Source: Okamejei kenojei
Lineage: Eukaryota
Assembly: GCA_035221665.1 (NCBI GenBank)
Contig: CM069152.1
Location: 19,840,001 to 19,904,000, forward strand
DNA length: 64,000 nucleotides
Direction of reading: 5' to 3'
Shown here: piece after piece, positions 50,145-61,940 of the stretch
Position numbering within the stretch: position 1 is the first letter of the stretch
How the letters are laid out: every line of letters starts with the position of its first letter
Translations under genes and position numbers: made by a program
Notes under the pieces: generated by a model
What the model was told of the DNA's origin: nothing
What the model saw: the letters and a program-made list of their open reading frames with translations, nothing else
Databases searched by the model: none

Positions 50145-50900
50145 AAGATTAGATCAAAGGGGATCCAGGGAGAGCTATCCGACTGGATAGAGAATTGGTT
50201 TCCTGGAAGGAAGCAGAAGATGATAGTGGAAGGTTATTTTTCAGACTGGAGGCCTGTGACTGGTGGTGTGCCTCAGGGATAGGTGCTGGGCCCATTGATG
50301 TTTGTAGTTTATATCAACAATTTCGATGAGCATATACAAAGCATGATTAGTACATTTTCAGATGAGATTAACGTGGGTGGTATCACAGATAGCGAAGATG
50401 GTTATTCAAAAATTACAGCAGAATCTTGATCAGCTGGGCAAGTGGGCTGAGGAATGAAGATAAGTGTGAAGTGTGGTGCAATCAGGGTAGTACCTTCACA
50501 GTAATGGGCAGGGCACTGGCGTGTGTTATAGAGCAGAGGGATCGAGGAGTGCAGGTACATAGTTCCCTGAAGGTAGCGGCACACGTACGTAGGGTGGTCA
50601 AAAAGGCGTTTGGTAAATTGACCTTCATCAGTCAGGGTAGGAGTATATAAGTTGGGATATTATGTTATAATTGTATAAGATGTTGGTAAGGCCGTATTTG
50701 GAGTATTATGTTCAGTTTTGGTAACTCTGCTATCGGAAGGATGTTGTTAAGGTGGAAAGAGTGCAGAGACGATTTACGGGAATGTTGCCAGAACTTAAGG
50801 GCCTGAGCTGTAGAGAGGTTGGACAAGCTAGGACTTTATTCCTTGGAGCGAAGTAGGCTGATGGGCGATCTTATGGAACTATATAAGATCATGAGCAGAA
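50145..50900 (+). pseudogene. CR1/HER1 LINE reverse-transcriptase fragment
   Basis: GIQGELSDWIENW..GRKQ...DWRPVTGGVPQG*VLGPLMFVVYINN...STFSDE (decayed FADD) through LDKLGLYSLE...GDLMELYKIM; contains stops and frameshifts. Confidence 0.9.
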
Positions 50901-51979
50901 TATTCCATCTATTGACCCCTCAGCCTTCTTTGCCTGAACTGGACCCTGTGTCTATTCTGTGTACAAGCAAGGGTGGATGCCAAACTAAAGGAAGTTGCAA
51001 AGTAAAAGATATTTCAAGATTATTATTATTTTTTTTTAAATGGTTTGCTTTTCCCCTTTGCTCCAAACCAGCCCATCATCCCACCCCGCCCAACCCCATT
51101 CAAGTGGTACCGTGCAAGACAGCACAAAATTCAAATGTTGAAATTGAAACTAGTATAAATGTATAACCAAGCATAAGTAGAGGAAGGTAATGCACCACAT
51201 TTGGCCATACAATCTATCATATCCATGCTAAGCAAACCAAGAGCAACTTAAGCGGATCCCACATCTTGGCCCATAGTTCTGAAGATGATACCATGCAGCT
51301 TTTCACTGTATCTCGGTACACATGAGAATGAAAAATTTATTATCAATACCAAATTGTGCTCATCCAGATGCTTTTGAAGTGTGCAGAGGGTTTCTACTTC
51401 TGCCATCCAATCATCCAGGTGAGACCAAACTCCCACCACTGGGTGAAAAGACTTTCCTGCAATTTCTCCTCTGATCCTTGCGTCCATTTCCTCAAATCCA
51501 TCCGCCAACTGAACACATTGGTAAATAAATCAAGGTCCACCATTGTCAAGGTCCAGCCCCTGTAGTAAGTGGTTGTTGCATCGTGGCATGGTAGATACTG
51601 TTCATGGGCCAATGCCCAAGGCACCAATGTCAGGATACCTGACTGGGATGTGTTCAGAGAGGTCCCCTTTAGGTTGGGCTGAAGAAGGCTTTGTCAGGGC
51701 ACGGAAGTGAGACCGCAGCATGGGAGGCCCAGAGGTCTAATGGAAAGTGACAGGGGGTCCGTGCATGTTGCTGTGCACCACCTGCAAATGGCCAATGTCC
51801 TCCGTGCATTAGTGGCCCAGAAGTAGAAAATTATTTACTCAGTAAATCCCTCATATTGGTTTATGTTTTGTTTTTCATAAAAACTCGATGGCTTAACCAC
51901 AAAACAGTGGTGCTAACTGTGGTGTTGTAGCGCCCAGTCAAACCACTGGTTCTTCCACTGGCACATTCATGGCCTTCTC

Positions 51980-52056
51980 TTGTGCTATCATAGATCCTTC
52001 CCAGCCTATGAACCTCCTGACGGGAAATTGCCTGGGAAGGATCTATGAGATCACAA
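51980..52056. other. Isolated stem-loop
   Basis: TCATAGATCCTTCCCAG and CTGGGAAGGATCTATGA form a perfect 17-bp stem, extendable by TTGTG/CACAA; loop about 27 nt. Confidence 0.7.
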
Positions 52057-52892
52057 ATGCCTGTGATTTTGGCAGTCGGACACTGCAGGTAAAAGCCCAG
52101 TGATCAAATCACTTTTGATCACTAAAGACACTTCAACTAAAAGTCAGAGGTCCCTGCATCTGGAACCCAGCTCCCAAAATGATGTTAACCCTAGTGTAAC
52201 ATCAAAGATTTGTCTTCAGCAAGATTTTCAGCCACAATGGACTGAAGAACAATTCTAATTCTGTTCCCTCACAGCAACTGGGCAGCTTTGAATGAGAGTG
52301 ACTTTTGCAAAGGCCCAGGCTTATCTCTCCTGCAGACAACCCATGGCCGACAACTTTAGGTCAATGCCCAAAACTGAGAAACTGTGGTCCGAGCCAATAC
52401 ACCATCGGGGGGGGGGGGGGGGGCGGGCAGGCAGGGGTGGGTTGGGGGTGGTGGGGGTTGGGGAGTTCACCAGCACCTGCTCGCCCCTCAACACTTAAAG
52501 CGAGTGGCTAGAAATGGCAAGCAAACAGCCTTACAGAAAAATGTATTCTCTCTGCTGAGAGAGCACCTGGGAATGTCCTGGGGCAAGGCTCTGAGTGTGA
52601 GCGAGACCTGGACTTTGAGAGTAGTTGCATGTATGTGTGTGATCTGGCACAGGAGGTTTTCAATCATTGGAGCTATGATCACAGCCTGCCTCGTGGATGG
52701 ACAGCCTGCATAGACAGAACTCCTGCAAAGCTTGGCTGGAGATAGTAGCAGGAGCTGCCCTTTTCATCAGGTGTATTTCCGCAACATTTCACTGAAGAAC
52801 AATGTACCAGAAGAACATAAGAACAGGAGTTTGCCATTGATCCTGCTCCACCAATTGCCATTAACATTACTATGCATACAGAGTGCCCTTTT

Positions 52893-53099
52893 GTGTAGGA
52901 AGGAACTGCAGATGCTGGTTTAAACCAAAGATAGACACAAAAAGCTGGAGTAACTCAACGAGTCAGACAGCATCTCTAAAGAAAAGGAATAGGTGAATTT
53001 TCTGGTCGAGACCCTTCTTCTCGACCTAAAATGTCACCTGTTCCTTTTCTCCATAGATGCTGTCTGACCTGCTGAGTTATTCCAGCTTTTTGTGTCTAT
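52893..53099. mobile_element. Fold-back PLE-derived insertion with perfect 14-bp TSD
   Basis: Inverted arms GATAGACACAAAAAGCTGGA...TCCAGCTTTTTGTGTCTATC; CAGAGTGCCCTTTT at 52879-52892 and 53100-53113. Confidence 0.85.
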
Positions 53100-53666
53100 C
53101 AGAGTGCCCTTTTCTTCCATAACCCAGGATACTCTAGTCCCCCGTTCTGTACAAGGGTAGGTGAACCACGCAGCAGGAGCAAACACATTGGGACCTAACC
53201 TTTCCAATGTAGGCAACCTGCTCAAGGCTGTATTGACGCAGTTGTCATCTACACATAACCCTGATTTCAGGTGTTGTACATTTCTGGGTTTGTTCCTCTG
53301 TGATTGCTGTGCAGAGCTCCATCCAACATCAACCCACTTTCACTCAACCTCAAGCTTCACATGTTGGCTGCGAGTTAGTTTGGAGGAATGTGGGCTCGGT
53401 CGCTAGCATCAAGTGTGTTACGGAGTCAAACAGCCCACTTGTCCATAATGTCCATGCTGACCATTAAGTCCCCATCTACACTGATTCAATTTACCTGGTC
53501 ATCAGTCGTACCTCAGTTGGTAGTAGGAAACTCACACAGCATCTCCTTCTCCCTGCTGGTGCCAGGGTGCTAAAACAACTCCTCCATTCCCGAGACGCTG
53601 GAGGGTTGGGAACCTCGGGATGGGAACATGTGGGCCTGCCACTTACTTTCCTGCTTTACTTTCGAT

Positions 53667-53690
53667 CCAATCCTAGGTTGCTATGGCAAC
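53667..53690. promoter_or_regulatory. Candidate RFX X-box next to a CCAAT box
   Basis: GTTGCTATGGCAAC (53677-53690) is one base from the palindromic GTTGCCATGGCAAC; CCAAT at 53667-53671. Confidence 0.4.
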
Positions 53691-55549
53691 ACACTCGATT
53701 TCAAGCTTCCACCCCCTGTTGATCTCGCTGACTAATCCGAGCTGCAACCTACACAGGGTTTCTTTTTAATTGTTTTTAGATAAAATGTTATTTTTCACGT
53801 CTGAGTGGAGGGCTTGCAGTGGGTGCCGAGAAATGATTTCCTTCTTTTTAATTGGCTTACTGCAGGAGATCTTGGGCAGCGACAGGAAGCATTTCTATTT
53901 GATGTGTGCGTACCAAACAGCCAGCTCAGGTTGATAGCACAGGCAATCTGCAGGCAACCAAACCCTACTGAATGCTCCTTTTCCCAGAATCCAATCAGTT
54001 TCAATCCCACAACCAAAAAAATCAATGTTGAGCCTTATACAGTTATTCTTCTATTTCCATAACAATATATGGAATGTATGCCTTCAGAGTTATAAACCAA
54101 CCATTGGACTTCTTGCCCTTTGTGCGGTTTTGAACATTTTCATTCTTGCGTTTAAATCTCCCCAAGTTCCAGCTCCTGTTTCTCAAGTTCCCATATGTTC
54201 CTGCAGATTGTGTGTGGCCTTGCACTAGCAGTGGAGGAGGCCAAAGAGAGAAAGGTCAGTTTGGGAATCGGAAGGAGAATTAAAATGGCTATCATTGGGC
54301 AGCTTCAGTGTGTCATGGCAGACTGAGCGCAGCTGTTTGGCATAATGGTCACCTAGTCTATGCGTGCTCTCGCATATGTAGAGGAGATACTATGCCCCCC
54401 TTTGATTCTAAATTCATCTTGAAGCTTGATCAAAGTAATCAGTTCAAAGAAACATTTTGAGGGAGAGAGGGGAACAGAAAAAGCGATGGAGGGTCTGACA
54501 AGGATGATTCTAAAGGTTAGGGTGGTGGGAGTGAAGGTGGGGATGGGGAAGCCGTTAAACTAAGTATTCAAGAAGGTTCGACCCCTGGAACAGCTCTGGG
54601 CAGAACACAACTAATCAGCTGCTTTCATACAAGGCCATGATATTTGAGTTATTCCAGAGCATTGGTGAATTTCTGGACATTCACTGGGTCACACTCATTC
54701 TTACCGTGCCCTTTGCCCTCCCAATAGTCAACCCACTCAGAAATGATTTAACGATCTTTGGGATGCAAGAATGATGTTTTTTCTTTATGTCAAGCAGAGT
54801 ACTTTCCAGCAGCTGCTTTGACATGTCTATTGATCATGACAAGAAATACCTGCCATCCTCACATCATCCTAAATGTTTTAAATTGACTTTGTTTTTTAAA
54901 AAAATGTCATACCAAAGGTCATATCACAAAATACTTCTCCATTCTTCAGCAATCACAATGAGCACATTTGAAGTAATTTTCACCAATAATAGGACCTTGA
55001 AGTCAGAAAATAGTATTCACAGTCCCCATTTATCAGACATAAAACATAAGAAACAGTAGCCAGATTAAACCATTACGTCCAATCAGCTCCATCATTCAAT
55101 ATCATGGTTGATTTTATACCTAAAAGCTATTTTCCTGCATCAATCCCATATTCCTTGATTTCCTTACTATCCAAAAAGCTGTTCTGAATATAGTCACTGA
55201 CTGTTTCTTTAGTGTACTTGAATAGTGGTGAAAATGTCAGAACTCTCTGGATGGCGATATTTCTTCTCACCTCAGTCCTGAATGACCAACTCCTTATTCT
55301 GATATTCTGCCCTTAGTCCCAGAGATTGCAGCCAGATGAAAGTAATCCTTGTATCTATTCGACCAAGACCTATAAGAATTTTGCATATTTTAATAAGATC
55401 ACACCTCATTCTTCCAAACAGACACACAATCCATTTAATCTCTTCATTGCTGGAGGAACAAGACTCAATATTCCAGGTGCAGCCTCACCAGGAGCTGATA
55501 TAATTGCAGCGAGACATCTTTACTCATACTTGAATTCTCTTCCAATAAA

Positions 55550-55985
55550 ATTTAGACACAAAAAAACTGCAGATGCTGGTTTTACAAAAAAAACCCCACA
55601 CAAAACAGTATAGCTCAGCGGGTCAGGATAGCAACTCTGTATATCCCCCCCTCACTTCCCTGTCCCCCATCCATATGTGCACCCATTTCTCCCACCATCC
55701 CGCCCCTCTTTCGGTCACCCACATCCCCTTCCACCTATATCCCTTCCTCTGGGTTCCCATTTCACTCTTCTTATCTTACAGCCTTTTGTCTTATTATCAT
55801 CTCTGGCCTTTGTCCACCCATCTGCCAACAAAACCCCACCTGTATCTACCCATTACCTGCCTGGCTTTGTCACAGCCCTCACATCTCTCTACTACAATTA
55901 GTCTGAAGAAGGGTCCTGACCTGAATTGTCACCATCCATGTCCTCCAGAGTTGTTGTCTGACCTGTGGAGCTACTTCTTTGAGTT
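55550..55985 (+). mobile_element. Truncated PLE pseudo-LTR with inverted 5' piece and 15-bp TSD
   Basis: TTCTCTTCCAATAAA at 55535-55549 and 55986-56000. Inverted terminal piece at about 55555-55630. CTGAAGAAGGGTCCTGACCTGAA at about 55903. Confidence 0.75.
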
Positions 55986-57111
55986 TTCTCTTCCAATAAA
56001 TTGTCAACATTACAACTGCCTTCACTAATTTATGCAGCCTGTGAATATCCCCTTAAAACCATTCTGCAAACTCGTGACAGTCTATACTGCTGATCAACTC
56101 TGTATCATCAGCCAGACTTGAATATATTATACATGGGCCATACATTCACATCACAAGTATAGATTGTGAATAGCTAGAACCCACCACTCATCCCTGAGCA
56201 CCGACACCCTCATCCCAAACCAGTACACTTTCCAAACCTAAACATTTGGTCTTGCCCTCTGTTTTGTGTCCGTTAACCAACCCTCTTAGCACCTTATCCA
56301 AAGGCTTTCTGAAATCAGTTCCCCCTTAGCTGTCCTGCTACTCAGAAAGCTCTAACAGATTGGCCAAACGCAATTTCCCATTCACGACTGCTCGGGCCTA
56401 ATATTATTTTCCAAGTCCCCTGTTATCTCTTCCCTAATATTAGATTCTAGCTTTTTCCCTGCTCTTGATGTCAGCATAACTGGTTCATGTTTTCTTTCTC
56501 TCTACTTTCTAAAAAAGAAAGATTATGTTTGGTAACTGCAGTCTGTGGAATCATTGTAGGAACTATGGACCACTGGTGCATCATCTATTTCCATATTCAA
56601 CTCCTTCTAAAAGCTGGTGTGCAGGTCATCAGGTCCCGTGGATTTATTGACTTTCAGCCCCATTAATTTTCCCACAGCCTTTTTTTCCCCCCACTAATGC
56701 TAATTTATTACCGCAAACCATTCTCTCCAGACATACTACTCTCACTTATTTCTGCAATATATTTTATGTCTTCTTCCCTGGAAGGCATAAAATACTTCTC
56801 TAATATTGATGTGATTTCCTTTTTTTCCATTATCATTTCTCAGCCTCAGTCTATGAGGGACCTACATTCAAATTTTTGGTTTGTTTTGTTACTCTTGCTT
56901 CCGAAATTTCAATACATTCCCTTTCATAATCATTGACCTGCCCCTCCTCTTGCTGAATTCTGAAATCGTTCCAACCCTCAGCCTTACTACACATTTTGAC
57001 AATGTTATAAGCTTTGTCCTTCAATGTAATACCATTATTAATTTCCTTGTTAGATTGCTTGAACCATTTTTTCTGTTGGGTTTTTGGATCTTAAAGGGGA
57101 TATGTTACAGA

Positions 57112-58688
57112 CAGTGCATTCAGACCCCTTCACTTTTTCCACATTTTATTACGTTACAACCTTATTCTAAAATGGATGACATTCATTTTTTCATCAATCT
57201 ACACACAATACCTCATAATAGAAAAGCAAAATCAGGTGTTTAGAAATTTTTGCAAAATAATTTAAAATAAATAACTGAAATATATCACATTTACATAAGT
57301 ATTCAGACCCTTTACTCAATACTTTGAGGAACCTGTGGCAGCGACTGGCGCCTCAAGTCTTCTTGGGTATGACACTACAAGCTTGGCACAAGTGCATTTG
57401 GATAATTTCTCCCATTCTTCTCTGCATATCCTCTCAAGCTCTGTCAGGTTGTTTGTGGATTGTCAATGCACAGCTATTTTCAGGTCCCTCCAGAGATGTT
57501 CGATCGGGTTCAGGTCCAGGCTCTGGCTGGGCCACTAATGGACATTCGCAGACTTGTCACAAAGCCACTCCTGCATTGTCTTGGCTGTGTGCTTTGGGTC
57601 ATTGTCCTGTTGGAAGGTGAACCTCCGCCCCAGTCTGAGGTCCTGCATGCTCTGGAGCAGATTTTCACCAAGGATCTCTCTGTACTTTGCTCCGTTCATC
57701 TTTCCCTCGATCCTGACTAGTCTCCCAGTTCATGCCACTGAAAAACATCCCCACAGCATGATGCTGCCACCATCACACTTCACCATAGGTATAGTATTGG
57801 CCAGGTGTTGAGCAGTGCCTGGTTTCCTCCAGATGTGACGCTTGGCATTCAGGCCAAAGAGTTCAATCTTGGTTTCATCAGACCAGAGAATCTTGTTTCT
57901 CATGCCTTTTGGCAAACTCCAAGGGGTTGTCATGTGCCTTTTACTGAGGAGTGGCTTCCATCTGGCCACTCTTTCATAAAGGCCTGATTGGTGGAATGCT
58001 GCAGATATAATTGGCCTTCTGGAAGGTTCTCCCATCTCCAAAGAGGAACTCCAGAGCTCTGTCAGAGTGACCAGAGTGACCATCTCCCTGACCAAGGCCC
58101 TTCTCCCCTGATTGCTCATAATGACCGGGCGGCCAGCTCTATGAAGAGTCCTGGTTCTTCCATTTAAGAATGACTGAGACCACTGTGCTCTTTTGGACCT
58201 ACAATGCTGCAAAAATAGTTTTATACCCTTCCCCAGATCTGTGTCTCGACACAATCCTGTCTCGGAGGTCTACAGACAATTCCTTTGTCTTCATGGCTTG
58301 GTTTTTGCCTTGACATGCACAGTCAACTGTGGGACCTTATATGGACAGGTGTGTGCCTTTCCAAATCATGTCCAATCCATTTAATTTACCACTGATGGAC
58401 TCCAATCAGGTTGTAGAAACATCTCAAGGATAATCAATGGAAACAAGATGCACCTAAGCTCAATTTTGAGTGTCATAGCAAAGGGTCTGAAGACTTATGT
58501 AAATGTGATATTTCAGTTATTTATTTTAAATTACTTGGCAAAAATTTCTAAACACCAGTTTTTGCATTTTTATTACGGGGTATTGTGTGTAGATTAAAAA
58601 AAAAGAATTTAATCCATTTTAGAGTAAGGCTGTAACGTAACAAAATGTGGAAAAAGTGAAGTGGTCTGAATATTTTCTGAATGCACTG
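57112..58688 (-). mobile_element. Tc1-like DNA transposon, full length, IR/DR type
   Basis: CAGTG...CACTG termini, about 200-bp inverted repeats, each with two copies of a TTCAGACC motif; TA on the right flank, GA on the left. Confidence 0.95.
57316..58294 (-). pseudogene. Tc1 DDE transposase pseudogene
   Basis: MKTKELSVDLRDRIVSRHRSGEGYK...AGRP...KPLLSKRH...ILWSDETKIELFG...GGSIMLWGCF; contains an in-frame stop, frameshifts and deletions. Confidence 0.93.
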
Positions 58689-59290
58689 TATACTGTCATT
58701 CCGTTTAGCATTATTTCCCAATCTACCACAGCTAATTTTTGCTTGATACCTTGTAGAATCATTTCTTTAGATTTAAGACTACGATTTTGGATTGGAATAA
58801 ACCACATTCAATGGTAATATAAAATTCAATCATATTACGATCACTCTCTCCTAATGACCCCTTAACTAGAAAATTATTCATTGATCCTTTCTCATTGCAT
58901 AATACTGGATTTGAAATAGCCGACATCAATGGGTTCCTCAACATAGTGGTTTTGAAAACGAGCTCTTTATTAATTTATCCTTTAACAAAATTACTATTAT
59001 TTTGGATTGTCTGTCCATGTATAGATTGGAATCACTTATATTTCCCTGCATTATGCTTGTTGCATGTATCTCTGGTTTCCTGTTTACACTCTGTTTTGCA
59101 TTATCACTGTTAAGGGTTTGCTGCCAACTCTCACCAGTGTCTTTTGCCCCTTCTTTCCTACTCAACCCACACTGCCTGGTGGCTCGTCTGAGCTTTGATG
59201 CTATTTTGCTAGTGCTGCCCAAAGAATCACAAAATACTTCCTTCCAAGCTTGATCACATTGCAAACATGACTACATGATGAAGAGTGGAC

Positions 59291-61152
59291 AGTATTCATT
59301 TATTTCCCTCTGTGCCATCAGTTTCCCCATCTTACTACTCGTGTTGCATGGATTCAGATCGAGAACCTTCAGTTTCATCCCCCGGTCTGACAATTGGAAG
59401 GGCATTCTCCCAAGTTATGCGCTGTCTGTGTCTAACATCCTGCACTATTGCTTGTCCCTAATAGTGAATGGTAAAGGCCATTTTTGAAGCTCCTTTGCCA
59501 GTGAATAACGCAGGAGAATGAAGTTTGCTCATCTCATTGATGGGATGCAAGTCATAAACCCTATGTGATACAGACCTTGACCTGCATAGGGTTTGTTCCT
59601 TTCAACAAATTTGAATGGGTTGGCCAGTTACAGGCGATGAAAATATAAGAAAACTGCAGATACTGGAACTCCGAAATAATAATAGGAAGTGCTGGAAACA
59701 CACAGCAGGTCAGGCAGCATCTGAGGAGGGAGATAAAAGAGTGTGCTCTTGAAATATTAACTTTGTTTCTCTTTGTCTGCCCTGCTAAGTGCTTCCAATA
59801 TTTTCAATTATTTATGCCATTACAGCCTTGCCACCGACAATGTAGTTTGAGTCTTCCTTGCTTAGAAATATATCCCCGGTTATCAGAACTCAATGTAACG
59901 GCTGTATATTATTCTGACTCCAAAATTGGAAGCTAAAGAAAGTGAAATCCAGAAGCGGGGATTGTGCTACTGCTATTGACCGAGAATTAATTTCCAAGCA
60001 AAAGAGTTAATTTTGGAGAGTTCTGCTTTTGTAGCGTTTTGATTGGATTTTGTGTCTGTGGCTCAGAAATAACAAGTATTTGATTCTAACAAAACTTGCA
60101 CTAGTGGCTATCAATCCCTTTAAAGATCCCAAGCCTTAAAAACAAGCTTCCTGTTTGCTTGATTCATTCTATGTTAGTTTCCACCATGAACAGCAATGCC
60201 AACACTACTTCAATTTGTAAGAAAATAAAAGGAGAAAATGCTGGATAGACTCAGCATGTCAGACGGCATCCCACGTTGCTTGACCTGCTGGGTATTTCTA
60301 GCATCTTCTGTTGTTATTTCAGATTTCCAGGCTCGGCAATTTTTGTGATTTTTATTCAATTTATAACTTGCTTTTGTTGAAGCAAAAACGTCCCAGGACG
60401 GCACAGAGGTTTTGTCAAAATAAAATAAAATAAACCAGTGCGCAATGGGATGATGTCACCATGGGACACCGTGTGAGTAGGGACACTGGAGAAGAGGCAG
60501 GACTAACCTGTGGGAAAGACTGCAGGCACTGGTGGGCTCGCTGGCATCCACTGGTGGGTGAGTGTGCATGGGGGCACGAGGGGAGGCAGGAGAGACACTC
60601 GGGGATGCTCGTGGGTCAGGGGAAGGCGGGGAACCAACAGCAGGAGCAAACCAGCCTGACATGAAGGCATGATGAGCTCCATCGCTGCCCCCCAATGAAC
60701 TGGCTGCCATTCCAACCAGCACAACCCTCCCACCTCAACACCACATCTCCTCACACTCCCAGCCCAACATCACTCACTCTCATAGCCTCACATCTTCTCA
60801 CAACCCCACATCCACTCTCACTACCAATATCACATCCACTCTCACTCACAGCCTCACCTCCATCCATACTCTGCCCCCTCTGGGTTTATGACTTGCATCC
60901 CATCAATGAGATGAGCAAACTTCATTCTCCTGCGTTATTCACTGGCAAAGGAGCTTCAGAAATGGCCTTTACCATTCACTATTAGGGACAAGCAATAGTG
61001 CAGGATGTTAGACACAGACAGCGCATAACTTGGGAGAATGCCCTTCCAATTGTCAGACCGGGGGATGAAACTGAAGGTTCTCGATCTGAATCCATGCAGC
61101 ACGAGTAGTAAGATGGGGAAACTGATGGCACAGAGGGAAATAAATGAACACT
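59291..61152. repeat. 271-bp inverted duplication (59291-59561 and 60882-61152)
   Basis: Arms are reverse complements with 3 substitutions; spacer 1320 bp. Confidence 0.95.
59645..60330. mobile_element. Two old PLE-derived fold-back remnants (about 59645-59810 and 60225-60330)
   Basis: CTGCAGATACTGGA...GCTGGAAACACACAGCAGGTCAGGCAGCATCTG and partial inverted copies. Confidence 0.55.
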
Positions 61153-61204
61153 CTGTCCCCACATCCACCCACACTCACAGCTCCATATTCAGTCACACTC
61201 CCAC

Positions 61205-61585
61205 TCCACATTCCCTCACTCTCCCAGCCGCACACCCCCTCACCCACAGCCCCACATTCCCTCACTCTCCTAGCCCCACACCCCTTCACCCACAGCCCAC
61301 ATTCACCCACTCTCCCAGCTCCACGCCCCCTCACCCACAGCCCCACATTCACCCACTCTCCCAGCCGCACACCCCCTCACCCACAGCCCCACATTCACTC
61401 ACTCTCCCAGCCACACACCCCCTCACCCACTGCCCCACATTCACCCACTCTTCCAGCCACACACCCCCTCACCCACAGCCCCACATTCACCCACACTCCC
61501 AGCCCCACGCCCCTATCACCCACAGCCCCACATTCACCCACTCTCCCAGCTCCACGCCCCTATCACCCACAGCCCCATATCACCT
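61205..61585 (+). repeat. 46-bp C-rich minisatellite, about 8 copies
   Basis: Unit CCCCACATTCACCCACTCTCCCAGCCGCACACCCCCTCACCCACAG. Confidence 0.9.
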
Positions 61586-61599
61586 CACATTGAATTCTC

Positions 61600-61940
61600 C
61601 AATTTTAGGTGACGACCTACATACAAACCCCGTTCCCTGCGCCCCACCTGGACTCACAGCCATTTCTACCTTTCTCATCTTTTGCCTTTTCATCTCGGTC
61701 TTTGTCCAACCATCTGCCAATTAAATCCCCCATCACCGTTATCCATCTATCCATCACCAGGCTTTGCCGTGCCCGTCCTCTCTTCCAGCTTTCTCTTCTG
61801 CCCATCATAATCAGTCTGAGGAAAGGTCCCGACCCGGAATGTACCTATCCACATTTTCCAGAGATGCTGCCTGACCCGTTGAATTACTCCAGCACTTTGT
61901 GTCTATTTTTGTGTCTAAACTAGCATCTACAATTCCTTGT
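61600..61940 (+). mobile_element. PLE 3' UTR/pseudo-LTR fragment
   Basis: CAGTCTGAGGAAAGGTCCCGACCCGGAATGT...GATGCTGCCTGACCCGTTGAATTACTCCAGC. Confidence 0.75.

Larger units (their letters stand above)
55035..58960 (-). mobile_element. Long decayed CR1-type LINE hosting PLE and Tc1 insertions
   Basis: Reversed 3' tail at about 55040-55110, RT-region similarity at 56050-56700, endonuclease motif VLCNE...SLGESDRNMIEF at 58810-58910. Confidence 0.65.

Noticed and set aside
61038-61724. 228-aa His/Pro/Thr ORF
   Set aside because: Read-through of a 46-bp minisatellite and one arm of the inverted duplication.
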